From positions 1 through 37,579 of IMG/VR virus record IMGVR_UViG_2541047812_000004: a stretch of DNA of 37,579 bases; one strand, 5' to 3'. This stretch comes from a virus. Lineage: Duplodnaviria > Heunggongvirae > Uroviricota > Caudoviricetes. The notes under the pieces were generated by a model. It saw only the letters and a program-made list of their open reading frames with translations, had not been told where the DNA came from and did not search any database. The translations under genes and the position numbers were made by a program. Positions 1-8,684 of the stretch are shown here, in pieces (position 1 is the stretch's first letter; each line of letters opens with the position of its first letter).

Positions 1-1053
1 TTACGGGGTAATGCCAACCGCTGCCGCCACTTTGTCGCCACTTGGCAGCGTTGCCAGAGGATTGAAACGGAGCGCCGTTTCCAGATGATCCGGTGCCAGA
101 TGTGCGTAACGCATAGTCATTTTTATATCGTGGTGTCCGAGAATTTTTTGTAAGGCCAGAATGTTTCCACCCGACATCATGAAGTGCGCCGCAAACGTAT
201 GGCGCAGAACGTGTGTGAGTTGACCGCGAGGGAGCACGATAGACGTTTTTTCCATCACGGATAAAAATTGAAAATAGCAGTCTGTGAAGAAATTGAACCC
301 ATCAAGCGCCATGATCTCTTCGTAAAGCTCTTTACTGATAGGGATGCTTCTGTTTTTCTTCCCCTTCGTTCTCACAAAGGTGATTCGGTACTTGGTGACC
401 TGTGAGCGGGTAAGATTGATTGCTTCTCGCCAACGTGCGCCTGTACTTAGACATATTTTTACCACCAGTGCCAGAATTGGGTTCTGACGTTTGCAGTCAG
501 ACAGTAATTCGATGATCTGCTCATGTGTAAGCCATGCCATTTCCTTTTCTGCGATAGTGAATTTGCGCATCTTCTCTAATGGGTTTGGAAGTGTCCATTC
601 ACCCAGGCGGGAAAGTTCTCTGAAAACGCTGCTTAGATGGCTTTGCTCCAGGTTAACAGTAACTGGGCTTGCTCCTTTCTTCCATTTTTCACTGAAGTAG
701 ATTTCACCAGTAAGGCGTTTATCTCGATAGTGGGCAAACATTTTAGAGGTGAGATCGGTTGCAAGAGGATTGCCTAGAGCGTCAACCATCAGCAGCAATT
801 TGTCATAGACATGCTGTCCAGCAGTCAGAGATTTACCATGTAGTTTGAACCATAGCTCAACCACGTCTTTCAGGGTTCGACGATCCACTGATTCGCCCAG
901 CCAGGGCTTTGATTCGGTTTCTTCCATCGTGTGACGCTCAAAAGCCAGAGCTTCGCCTTTGGTGGCGAATTGTTTACGCACACGACGCCCACTTCGTCCG
1001 GCGGGGTAACATTCGCAAAGCCATTTCCCTGTGGTGAGTTTTCGTACTGCCAT
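1..1053 (-). CDS. int: Tyrosine integrase (P2 Int-like)
   Basis: Translation carries tyrosine-recombinase catalytic region (LSTGARWREA, HVLRHTFAAH, MTMRYAHL). Start placed at internal ATG 1053-1051 (MAVRKLTTGKW) rather than ORF-track start at 1209; stop at 1-3. Confidence 0.9.
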   Translation of the reverse strand: MAVRKLTTGKWLCECYPAGRSGRRVRKQFATKGEALAFERHTMEETESKPWLGESVDRRTLKDVVELWFKLHGKSLTAGQHVYDKLLLMVDALGNPLATDLTSKMFAHYRDKRLTGEIYFSEKWKKGASPVTVNLEQSHLSSVFRELSRLGEWTLPNPLEKMRKFTIAEKEMAWLTHEQIIELLSDCKRQNPILALVVKICLSTGARWREAINLTRSQVTKYRITFVRTKGKKNRSIPISKELYEEIMALDGFNFFTDCYFQFLSVMEKTSIVLPRGQLTHVLRHTFAAHFMMSGGNILALQKILGHHDIKMTMRYAHLAPDHLETALRFNPLATLPSGDKVAAAVGITP

Positions 1054-1241
1054 AAAAAATGCCCTCCAGTAGAGAGCATTTTTACTGTATATATAACCAG
1101 TGTCAATGTATGAAATCCTACGACCATACATCTCACTGAAGCCATAATGAAGTTGGCTATTCTTTTTGCTATGTGAGCATGTAACTTTTGCGGTTAACCT
1201 GCGGCTCATTTTTATTTTAGACGCAGATATAAAAACAAAAA

Positions 1242-1433
1242 TTATCGTGAGTTTTTAGTACAGATTTTTTTGGATTTACTAATAGTTCCATCATTGCAAA
1301 CGAATTTGCCATCTGAGGTACAGTGAGAAACACCTCCCTTTTTCCCTGAGCAGGGATAATTTCTAGCATAGGTAGTTAGTGGGTTTAATAACAAAGAACA
1401 TGACAAAACCACAAAAAATACCTTACCAAGCAT
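1242..1433 (-). CDS. Small secreted cysteine-rich peptide (63 aa), putative moron/lysogenic-conversion gene
   Basis: ATG at 1433 preceded by strong RBS GGGAGGA (complement of 1438-1444). N-terminal hydrophobic signal-like segment ([23 protein letters not shown]), then Lys-rich region with 4 Cys. AT-rich, 15 bp downstream of the repressor gene on the same strand. Confidence 0.55.
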   Translation of the reverse strand: MLGKVFFVVLSCSLLLNPLTTYARNYPCSGKKGGVSHCTSDGKFVCNDGTISKSKKICTKNSR

Positions 1434-1448
1434 AGTTTCCTCCCGGTA

Positions 1449-2105
1449 CTATTTAACATACTTGACTGTTAAACTTATAATTTTACCAATTATTTCAATG
1501 TCTTCTATCTTGCATTCGAAGACTCTGTTTCCACCCTCGACGAAGATTCTTCCACCGGGTAAACGAGTAATGTCACGGATCGTTATTTCGCCATCAATAC
1601 TTATTACCCATTTACCATCACGTATATCATCAAATTCTTTATCACAAATAAATTCAGAATTGTTATCTGTGATGACAAAAGGTTTTTTAAACGTAGAGGG
1701 TAGAAATCCCTTATCAAAAATATAAAAACCGTCTTTCTGCAATGCTCCATCAGACAATAAATATTTTTCTACTTCTATAGTATTTGTATTTGCTGATGCT
1801 TGCTTTGAACCATGCCCTGTTGTTAGCCAATTAAGCGAGGTGCCCGTTTCAAGGGCGCACTGGATTACCCAATCTGCTGGAAAAATATCACGCATATAGC
1901 GCGTTGCCATGGTGCTCTTAGAAACACCTAAATGATCACAGAGAGCCTGACGAGTACCGAACCCATATGCTTCAACTAAACGTTCTATGGCTTTCTTACC
2001 GCCGCTATTGAAATCCACAAGTCCTCCAAAGAAATCCAAAATTCGTTGACAGATTCCAAAAGCGATCTTAAAGTTGAACCAGAAGTGTTCTTTTGGAGCC
2101 TTCAC
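1449..2105 (-). CDS. CI-like immunity repressor (186 CI type, HTH N-terminal domain)
   Basis: HTH-like segment (QALCDHLGVSKSTMATRYMRD); divergent from cox/apl-cII operon. Start is GTG at 2105 (ORF track shows M); no alternative in-frame ATG upstream of the HTH. No Gly-Ser-Met S24 autocleavage motif seen. Confidence 0.7.
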   Translation of the reverse strand: MKAPKEHFWFNFKIAFGICQRILDFFGGLVDFNSGGKKAIERLVEAYGFGTRQALCDHLGVSKSTMATRYMRDIFPADWVIQCALETGTSLNWLTTGHGSKQASANTNTIEVEKYLLSDGALQKDGFYIFDKGFLPSTFKKPFVITDNNSEFICDKEFDDIRDGKWVISIDGEITIRDITRLPGGRIFVEGGNRVFECKIEDIEIIGKIISLTVKYVK

Positions 2106-2163
2106 TACTAATCACGACAAACAACGGCTCGCCACAAGCCATATCTAGAAGGAATGTTGCCTT

Positions 2164-2367
2164 ATGACACCTAACATTTCAATTACTCTGAATACACCAC
2201 ATGTCACAATCGAACGTTATAGCGAACTGACTGGCCTTTCTATTGATACGATTAACGACATGTTGGCTGATGGCCGACTACCTCGTCATCGTCTTCGTAA
2301 AGACAAAAAACGTGAAAAGGTAATGATTAACCTGGCTGCTCTGACTGTTGATGCTTTGTCTGCTTAA
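2164..2367 (+). CDS. Cox/Apl-like small DNA-binding regulator (excisionase/lytic-switch protein)
   Basis: 67-aa basic ORF, first gene of the rightward early operon divergent from the repressor; position equivalent to P2 cox / 186 apl. Confidence 0.6.
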   Translation: MTPNISITLNTPHVTIERYSELTGLSIDTINDMLADGRLPRHRLRKDKKREKVMINLAALTVDALSA

Positions 2368-2431
2368 TAGACGTCTATTTTCGCAATAAGACGCTGAGTT
2401 CGATTTTGCGATAAGTTCGGAGTTGAAAACC

Positions 2432-2941
2432 ATGTTTGATTACCAAGTTTCCAAACATCCACATTTTGATGAAGCCTGTCGTGCATTCGCACTGCGCCAC
2501 AATCTGGTGCAACTGGCAGAACGTGCGGGCATGAATGTGCAGATTCTGCGGAACAAGCTGAACCCAGCTCAACCTCATTTATTAACCGCACCAGAAATCT
2601 GGCTGCTTACCGATCTGACTGAAGATTCAACGTTGGTAGATGGTTTTCTGGCACAGATTCATTGTCTGCCATGTGTACCGATTAATGAGGTAGCAAAAGA
2701 GAAACTGCCACATTACGTCATGAGTGCAACCGCAGAGATCGGGCGTGTTGCTGCAGGTGCGGTATCTGGCGATGTAAAAACCAGTGCAGGTCGTCGTGAT
2801 GCTATCAGCAGCATTAACTCTGTAACACGACTGATGGCGCTGGCGGCTGTTTCATTGCAGGCCCGTTTACAGGCTAATCCTGCGATGGCGAGTGCAGTTG
2901 ATACCGTGACTGGCCTCGGTGCTTCATTCGGTTTGCTGTGA
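2432..2941 (+). CDS. cII: CII-like transcriptional activator (phage 186 CII family)
   Basis: Translation [23 protein letters not shown]... closely resembles recalled 186 CII. ATG at 2432 with GGAG about 10 nt upstream; the ORF-track start at 2423 is a TTG. Confidence 0.8.
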   Translation: MFDYQVSKHPHFDEACRAFALRHNLVQLAERAGMNVQILRNKLNPAQPHLLTAPEIWLLTDLTEDSTLVDGFLAQIHCLPCVPINEVAKEKLPHYVMSATAEIGRVAAGAVSGDVKTSAGRRDAISSINSVTRLMALAAVSLQARLQANPAMASAVDTVTGLGASFGLL

Positions 2942-2948
2942 GGTGCTT

Positions 2949-3245
2949 ATGCTGACGAAAGAACCATCATTTGCATCGCTGCTGGTAAAACAAAGCCCGG
3001 CAATGCACTACGGTCACGGCTGGATCATGGGTGAGGATGGTAAACGCTGGCATCCGTGCCGTTCACAAGATGAATTGCTGTCTGAATTGACCACGGGGAA
3101 ACGGAGAAAGTCAAAATGTATGCAGCGGAAAGTGAAGTGGTTTATCAGTTTCGTTACAGAGGGGAGAGTTATTCAGTACCTGAAGATGATTTGCTCTGTT
3201 GTTATCCGTCGTTGTCGGGCGATGGCAGTTACTTTTTCACGCTAA
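2949..3245 (+). CDS. Hypothetical early protein (extent uncertain; 3' part overlaps next gene)
   Basis: ATG at 2949 with RBS GAGGTG 4 nt upstream, immediately after cII stop. The last ~130 nt overlap the 3116-3340 ORF in another frame, so the true C-terminus is doubtful. Confidence 0.4.
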   Translation: MLTKEPSFASLLVKQSPAMHYGHGWIMGEDGKRWHPCRSQDELLSELTTGKRRKSKCMQRKVKWFISFVTEGRVIQYLKMICSVVIRRCRAMAVTFSR

Positions 3246-3340
3246 AGGATGGGACGTTTTTACGGGGAGAGCAGGTTAAAGAGACGATACGAAAAAATGT
3301 ATCTCCTCTTGAACGTTACCGTAAGAACAAAGAACGATAG
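3116..3340 (+). CDS. Hypothetical early protein (74 aa)
   Basis: ATG at 3116 with GGAG RBS (3103-3106); compact co-directional operon. Confidence 0.55.
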   Translation: MYAAESEVVYQFRYRGESYSVPEDDLLCCYPSLSGDGSYFFTLKDGTFLRGEQVKETIRKNVSPLERYRKNKER

Positions 3341-3362
3341 TTGCGTTTTGGGGATATGAATT

Positions 3363-3704
3363 ATGGCAATTAATGGCGCTGCGGCAACTGTTCCATTAAG
3401 CCCCGGTGAACGCCTGAATGGACTTAATCACATTGCGGAGTTAAGGGCGAAAGTTTTTGGCCTGAATATTGAGTCAGAGCTTGAGCGGTTTATTAAAGAT
3501 ATGCGTGATCCACGGGATATCAATAGCGAACAAAATAAACGGGCACTGGCTGCCATATTCTTTATGGCAAAAATTCCAGCTGAACGTCATAGCATCAGCA
3601 TTAATGAGCTGACCACTGACGAAAAGCGGGAGTTGATTAAAGCAATGAATCATTTTCGTGCAGTGGTGAGCTTATTTCCCAGACGGCTAACCATGCCGAA
3701 TTAA
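3363..3704 (+). CDS. Hypothetical early protein (113 aa)
   Basis: ORF in co-directional early operon; no motif recognised. Confidence 0.55.
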   Translation: MAINGAAATVPLSPGERLNGLNHIAELRAKVFGLNIESELERFIKDMRDPRDINSEQNKRALAAIFFMAKIPAERHSISINELTTDEKRELIKAMNHFRAVVSLFPRRLTMPN

Positions 3705-3771
3705 CCAGCTAATGAAATTAATGGCGTAAACCCGCCGGGCATCCCTTTATCTAAATTCAGGAGAATTGATT

Positions 3772-4005
3772 ATGCGTAATATTGAAACCCTCACGACTAA
3801 AACCGGACCGGATGACGCAGGGCTTAATATTTTACTGACAGAGGCTCGTCTGGAAGAACGCCGGGCAAGGGCTGAAGCAATGGCTGCCCGCCTTGATAGG
3901 CTTGCGTGTCATATCACATCCCGCCAGCTAAACCACGTCGAAGCGGCAGAACTGCTGCGTGTGACCGCTGAAGCAATCCAGAACGAAGCGCAGGAGATCC
4001 ACTAA
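3772..4005 (+). CDS. Hypothetical early protein (77 aa)
   Basis: ATG at 3772 preceded by AGGAG (3759-3763); ORF-track start at 3766 is a TTG. Confidence 0.55.
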   Translation: MRNIETLTTKTGPDDAGLNILLTEARLEERRARAEAMAARLDRLACHITSRQLNHVEAAELLRVTAEAIQNEAQEIH

Positions 4006-4232
4006 TGGCTGATGCAATGGATCTCGTACAGCAGCGCGTTGAAGAAGAACGCCAGCGCCATATCCGTGCTGCCCGTGCCAAAACACCGGGCGTGTCTCGC
4101 GTGCTTTGCATTGAATGTGAAGCGCCAATTCCGCCAGCACGCCGCCGCGCCATTCCAGGAGTGCAGCTTTGCATTACCTGTCAGGAAATCGCAGAGCTGA
4201 AAGGCAAACATTACAACGGAGGTGCTGTATGA
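4005..4232 (+). CDS. TraR/DksA-family C4 zinc-finger protein
   Basis: Two CxxC pairs (CIECEAPIP...CITCQE) typical of TraR/DksA-type zinc finger; AGGAG RBS at 3992-3996. Confidence 0.7.
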   Translation: MADAMDLVQQRVEEERQRHIRAARAKTPGVSRVLCIECEAPIPPARRRAIPGVQLCITCQEIAELKGKHYNGGAV

Positions 4233-4531
4233 CAGGGGCTGTGCGTATCCATCAATTAAAAATTGCACCTAAGTATTTCAACGCTGTGGTTGCAGGTCAA
4301 AAGACGGCTGAACTTCGTAAAGACGATCGTGGCTATAAAGTTGGTGATGTTCTTTCTCTTTGCGAATGGAAGCATGGCGTATTTACGGGTAGGGAATGGG
4401 CCGCGGTTATCTCTCATGTGCTTCCGGTTAATGACGTCATGGCAGTTTCAGAACAATGGGTGATGCTATCAATTCGCTCATTAACCCCATTAGAAGCTTT
4501 AGGATATGTTATTGCAGGAGGTGCTGTATGA
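4229..4531 (+). CDS. Hypothetical protein (possible ASCH-like fold)
   Basis: ATG at 4229 overlaps the upstream stop (ATGA); translationally coupled. Functional call is a weak recollection only. Confidence 0.5.
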   Translation: MTGAVRIHQLKIAPKYFNAVVAGQKTAELRKDDRGYKVGDVLSLCEWKHGVFTGREWAAVISHVLPVNDVMAVSEQWVMLSIRSLTPLEALGYVIAGGAV

Positions 4532-5385
4532 GCACCATCCTGAAATGGGCGGGTAATAAAACCACCATTATGTCCGAACTGAAAAAATACCTTCCTGCTG
4601 GCACGCGACTGGTTGAACCTTTCGCGGGTTCTTGTGCTGTGATGATGGAGACGGATTACCCCAGCTATCTGGTTGCGGATATTAATCCTGATTTAATCAA
4701 CCTCTATAAAAAGGTTGCTGCTGATTGTGAGGCGTTTATATCTCGTGCCAGAGCTTTATTTGAGGAAGCAAACAGAGAGGTGGCTTATTACAACATAAGG
4801 CAGGAGTTTAATTACTCCACTGAAATTACTGATTTCATGAAAGCGGTATATTTTCTGTATCTCAATCGTCATGGTTACCGTGGGCTATGTCGCTATAACA
4901 AGAGCGGGTATTTCAACATTCCCTACGGTAATTATAAAAATCCGTATTTCCCTGAAAAAGAAATTCGCGCATTTGCAGAGAAAGCCCAGCGGGCAACGTT
5001 TATCTGCGCCAGCTTTGATGAAACGCTGGCGATGTTGAAGGCGGGGGATGTGGTGTATTGCGATCCGCCTTATGACGGTACGTTTTCCGGCTATCACACT
5101 GATGGCTTCACTGAAGATGACCAGTATCACCTGGCATCCGTTCTTGAACATCGATCATCTGAAGGTCATCCGGTCATTGTTTCTAACAGTGACACACCCC
5201 TGATCCGTTCGCTGTATCGCAATTTTACTCACCACTACATCAAGGCAAAACGCAGCATCGGCGTGGCAGCTGGTGAGAGTAAATCTGCAACAGAAATCAT
5301 CGCTGTTTCCGGGCCGCGCTGCTGGGTAGGATTTGATCCTTCGCGTGGCGTGGATTGTTCCGTCGTGTACGGAGTGCGTGCATGA
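4528..5385 (+). CDS. dam: DNA adenine methyltransferase (Dam-like, N6-adenine MTase)
   Basis: Motifs [16 protein letters not shown] and catalytic DPPY ([12 protein letters not shown]). ATG at 4528 overlaps upstream stop. Confidence 0.85.
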   Translation: MSTILKWAGNKTTIMSELKKYLPAGTRLVEPFAGSCAVMMETDYPSYLVADINPDLINLYKKVAADCEAFISRARALFEEANREVAYYNIRQEFNYSTEITDFMKAVYFLYLNRHGYRGLCRYNKSGYFNIPYGNYKNPYFPEKEIRAFAEKAQRATFICASFDETLAMLKAGDVVYCDPPYDGTFSGYHTDGFTEDDQYHLASVLEHRSSEGHPVIVSNSDTPLIRSLYRNFTHHYIKAKRSIGVAAGESKSATEIIAVSGPRCWVGFDPSRGVDCSVVYGVRA

Positions 5386-7796
5386 GCCATGCTGATATGA
5401 ACAACTGCAGCGGCTTTAACGAGGTCGCCGCAGCATTCTCATGGAACAGCCCGAAAAAGGCCATTAACCCTTATCTGGACCCGGCGGAAGTTGCGCCGGT
5501 TTCTGCGCTTTCAAACCTGATCACTCTGTACGCTGCCGATAACGAGCAGGAACAACTGCGCCGCGAGGCACTGAGTGATCAGGTCTGGGAGCGTTATTTC
5601 TTTAATGAATCCCGTGATCCTGTCCAACGCGAAATGGAGCAGGATAAGCTAATTAGCCGGGCAAAGCTGGCGCATGAGCAGCAGCGTTTTAATCCAGACA
5701 TGGCCATTCTGGCGGACGTCAACGCCCAGCCTTCCCATATCAGCAAGCCGCTGATGCAACGTATTAAATACTTCAGCAGCCTGGGCAGGCCAAAGGCTTA
5801 TTCCCGCTATTTGCGTGAGACGATTAAGCCATGCTTGGAACGACTGGAGCATGTACGCGACAGTCAGCTATCCACTTCTTTTCGCTTTATGGCAAGCCAT
5901 GAAGGGCTGGACGGCCTGCTGATCCTGCCTGAAATGAGTCAGGATCAGGTGAAACGCCTGTCCACCTTGGTAGCTGCGCATATGAGCATGTGCCTTGATA
6001 CAGCTTGTGGCGATTTGTATGCCACCGATGATGTTACGCCAGAAGAAATCCGCAAGACATGGGAAAAGGTGGCAGCGGAAACCCTGCGTCTGGATGTTAT
6101 CCCGCCTGCGTTTGAGCAACTCCGTCGGAAAAGAAACCGCCGTAAACCCGTGCCTTATGAACTCATTCCGGGTTCGCTGGCGCGTATGTTATGCGCCGAC
6201 TGGTGGTATCGGAAATTATGGAAGATGCGTTGCGAATGGCGGGAAGAGCAGTTGCGTGCTGTTTGCCTGGTCAGCAAAAAAGCATCTCCCTATGTCAGCT
6301 ATGAAGCCGTGATGCATAAACGTGAGCAGCGCCGTAAGTCGCTGGAGTTTTTCCGTTCTCATGAACTGGTGAACGAAGACGGCGACACGCTGGATATGGA
6401 AGACGTGGTAAACGCCAGCAGCAGCAACCCTGCGCATCGCCGCAATGAGATGATGGCCTGTGTTAAAGGTCTGGAGCTTATCGCGGAAATGCGCGGTGAC
6501 TGCGCCGTTTTCTACACCATCACCTGTCCGTCACGTTTCCATTCCACGCTAAATAACGGCAGGCCCAACCCGACCTGGACAAATGCGACGGTAAGACAAA
6601 GCAGTGATTATCTGGTCGGTATGTTTGCTGCATTTCGTAAGGCGATGCACAAAGCCGGATTACGCTGGTATGGCGTGCGGGTGGCTGAGCCGCATCATGA
6701 CGGTACAGTTCACTGGCACCTGTTGTGTTTTATGCGCAAAAAAGATCGCCGCGCCATTACTGCTTTGTTGCGTAAGTTTGCCATTCGTGAAGACCGCGAG
6801 GAGCTGGGTAATAACACGGAACCACGCTTTAAGTCTGAGCTGATAAACCCGCGCAAAGGTACGCCAACAAGCTACATCGCGAAATACATCAGTAAGAACA
6901 TTGACGGGCGTGGTCTGGCTGGCGAGATCAGCAAGGAAACGGGTAAATCCCTGCGTGATAACGCCGAATACGTTAATGCCTGGGCGTCTCTGCATCGTGT
7001 TCAGCAATTCCGCTTCTTTGGCATTCCGGGGCGTCAGGCTTACCGTGAACTGCGATTGCTGGCTGGTCAGGCGGCAAGGCAACAGGGGGACAAAAAAGCA
7101 GGTGCGCCGGTACTGGATAACCCGCGCCTTGATGCCATCCTGGCTGCCGCTGATGCTGGCTGTTTTGCCACCTACATCATGAAGCAGGGCGGCGTACTGG
7201 TTCCCCGCAAATATCACCTCATCAGAACCGCTTATGAAATCAACGAAGAGCCGACCGCCTATGGCGATCACGGTATTCGTATTTATGGCATCTGGTCACC
7301 CATTGCAGAGGGCAAGATCTGCACTCATGCGGTGAAGTGGAAAATGGTTCGTAAGGCCGTTGACATTCAGGAGGCGGCAGCCGACCAGGGCGCTTGCGCC
7401 CCTTGGACTCGTGGCAATAACTGTCCCCTTGCTGAAAATTTGAACCAACAGGAGAAAGATAAATCAGCTGATGGGGACACCAGAACGGACATTACCCGCA
7501 TGGATGACAAGGAGTTGCACGATTACCTGCACAGTATGAGCAAAAAAGAGCGCCGGGAACTGGCTGCAAGGTTACGCCTGGTGAAACCGAAACGGCGTAA
7601 AGACTACAAACAGCGAATTACAGATCATCAGCGACAGCAGCTCGTTTATGAGCTGAAGTCCAGAGGATTTGATGGCAGCGAGAAAGAGGTCGATTTACTC
7701 CTTCGCGGCGGCAGTATTCCGTCAGGAGCAGGCCTGCGTATCTTCTATCGGAACCAGCGTCTGCAGGAGGATGATAAATGGCGGAACCTGTATTAA
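5382..7796 (+). CDS. A: Replication initiation protein A (rolling-circle HUH endonuclease, P2 gpA-like)
   Basis: HUH-type motif ([10 protein letters not shown]) and active-site tyrosine region ([13 protein letters not shown]). ATG at 5382 overlaps dam stop (ATGA). Confidence 0.85.
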   Translation: MSHADMNNCSGFNEVAAAFSWNSPKKAINPYLDPAEVAPVSALSNLITLYAADNEQEQLRREALSDQVWERYFFNESRDPVQREMEQDKLISRAKLAHEQQRFNPDMAILADVNAQPSHISKPLMQRIKYFSSLGRPKAYSRYLRETIKPCLERLEHVRDSQLSTSFRFMASHEGLDGLLILPEMSQDQVKRLSTLVAAHMSMCLDTACGDLYATDDVTPEEIRKTWEKVAAETLRLDVIPPAFEQLRRKRNRRKPVPYELIPGSLARMLCADWWYRKLWKMRCEWREEQLRAVCLVSKKASPYVSYEAVMHKREQRRKSLEFFRSHELVNEDGDTLDMEDVVNASSSNPAHRRNEMMACVKGLELIAEMRGDCAVFYTITCPSRFHSTLNNGRPNPTWTNATVRQSSDYLVGMFAAFRKAMHKAGLRWYGVRVAEPHHDGTVHWHLLCFMRKKDRRAITALLRKFAIREDREELGNNTEPRFKSELINPRKGTPTSYIAKYISKNIDGRGLAGEISKETGKSLRDNAEYVNAWASLHRVQQFRFFGIPGRQAYRELRLLAGQAARQQGDKKAGAPVLDNPRLDAILAAADAGCFATYIMKQGGVLVPRKYHLIRTAYEINEEPTAYGDHGIRIYGIWSPIAEGKICTHAVKWKMVRKAVDIQEAAADQGACAPWTRGNNCPLAENLNQQEKDKSADGDTRTDITRMDDKELHDYLHSMSKKERRELAARLRLVKPKRRKDYKQRITDHQRQQLVYELKSRGFDGSEKEVDLLLRGGSIPSGAGLRIFYRNQRLQEDDKWRNLY

Positions 7797-7890
7797 TTAC
7801 GCTGGTTAACAATTCGTGCTCTTAATAATACCAGGCATATCAGGCTGATGAGCGTAAAAAAACGTTTTACATCAGTAAGATTATTATATA

Positions 7891-7906
7891 CTGTAAATAT
7901 AAACAG
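7891..7906 (+). promoter_or_regulatory. LexA (SOS) box CTGT-N8-ACAG
   Basis: Sequence ctgtaaatataaacag matches the CTGT-N8-ACAG consensus with AT-rich spacer, 44 bp upstream of the ATG at 7950. Confidence 0.65.
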
Positions 7907-7949
7907 TGGTTATGTGTACAGTATTGCTTGTGGTGTCATAGGAGGAAAA

Positions 7950-8138
7950 ATGCAGGACTATTTTTTGGAGTCTTTGAAGCTCCAGCGCATTGATTTTTTT
8001 CTTAAGCTTGTAGCGGCTAGTGAGTGTAGTGATGAAGAGAAGGGGCTGGCCCTGCAGTGGGTTTCTGAACTGACAGATGAACTCATGGCAAAAATCAGAA
8101 CCCACGAATACAACCGCTCAATGGATGTCATCAGTTGA
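7950..8138 (+). CDS. Small SOS-regulated protein, possible Tum-type antirepressor module
   Basis: ATG at 7950 with GGAGG RBS (7941-7945); directly downstream of the LexA box. Antirepressor function is inferred from position only. Confidence 0.45.
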   Translation: MQDYFLESLKLQRIDFFLKLVAASECSDEEKGLALQWVSELTDELMAKIRTHEYNRSMDVIS

Positions 8139-8148
8139 GGTGACTTTT

Positions 8149-8382
8149 ATGCGCATTGAAATAATGATCGATAAAGAGCAGAAGATTAGCCAGTCTACCC
8201 TGGACGCCCTTGAATCCGAGCTTTACCGCAATCTGCGCCCCCTGTATCCCAAAACGGTAATTCGTATCCGTAAAGGTAGCTCTAACGGTGTGGAACTGAC
8301 CGGACTGCAACTGGATGAAGAAAGAAAACAAGTGATGAAAATTATGCAGAAGGTGTGGGAAGACGACAGCTGGCTGCATTAA
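8149..8382 (+). CDS. DinI-family protein
   Basis: MRIEIMIDKEQ...LDALESEL...KVWEDDSWLH resembles E. coli DinI (MRIEVTIAK...ALAGEL...ETWESADDWF). ATG at 8149 with GAGG RBS. Confidence 0.75.
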   Translation: MRIEIMIDKEQKISQSTLDALESELYRNLRPLYPKTVIRIRKGSSNGVELTGLQLDEERKQVMKIMQKVWEDDSWLH

Positions 8383-8517
8383 GAAACGTTGCTGGCGTCT
8401 GAACTTGTTTCTGGCGTCAGCAAGGTTGAACAACGAGCCCTTGCGAGGCGTTAGCTCTGTAGTGCATGTCTATGCCGCATGAGATCGCATGATCGTTTGA
8501 GGATCGTTTTTGCTAAG

Positions 8518-8542
8518 GCCCGCCAGAACTGGCGGGCTTTTG
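8518..8542 (+). terminator. Rho-independent terminator (GC hairpin plus T-tract)
   Basis: gcccgccag-aa-ctggcgggc followed by ttttg. Confidence 0.6.
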
Positions 8543-8684
8543 CGTAGATCATGCAGGTGCATGAAAACCACTACATAAAGCGGGCAGGCGTGGCGGGGAT
8601 ACGAGCGCGCGCAAGTGGCTGAGTGGGGGGAAGGCAAAACAAGCACCTGCAAGATGATGGCTGAATGGAAAAGTTTGTTGAAAA

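Noticed and set aside
1054-1209. N-terminal 52-codon extension of the integrase ORF in the ORF track
   Set aside because: The internal ATG at 1053 gives an N-terminus (MAVRKLTTGKW...) typical of P2-type integrases; the extension is Cys/Ser-rich, atypical, and has no convincing RBS.
2106-2163. Operator or divergent promoter elements between repressor and cox/apl-like gene
   Set aside because: The switch region is expected here, but I could not pick out convincing repeated operator half-sites by eye, so no coordinates are given.
6660-7271. 203-aa minus-strand ORF
   Set aside because: Antisense inside replication gene A; no RBS and no recognisable protein features.
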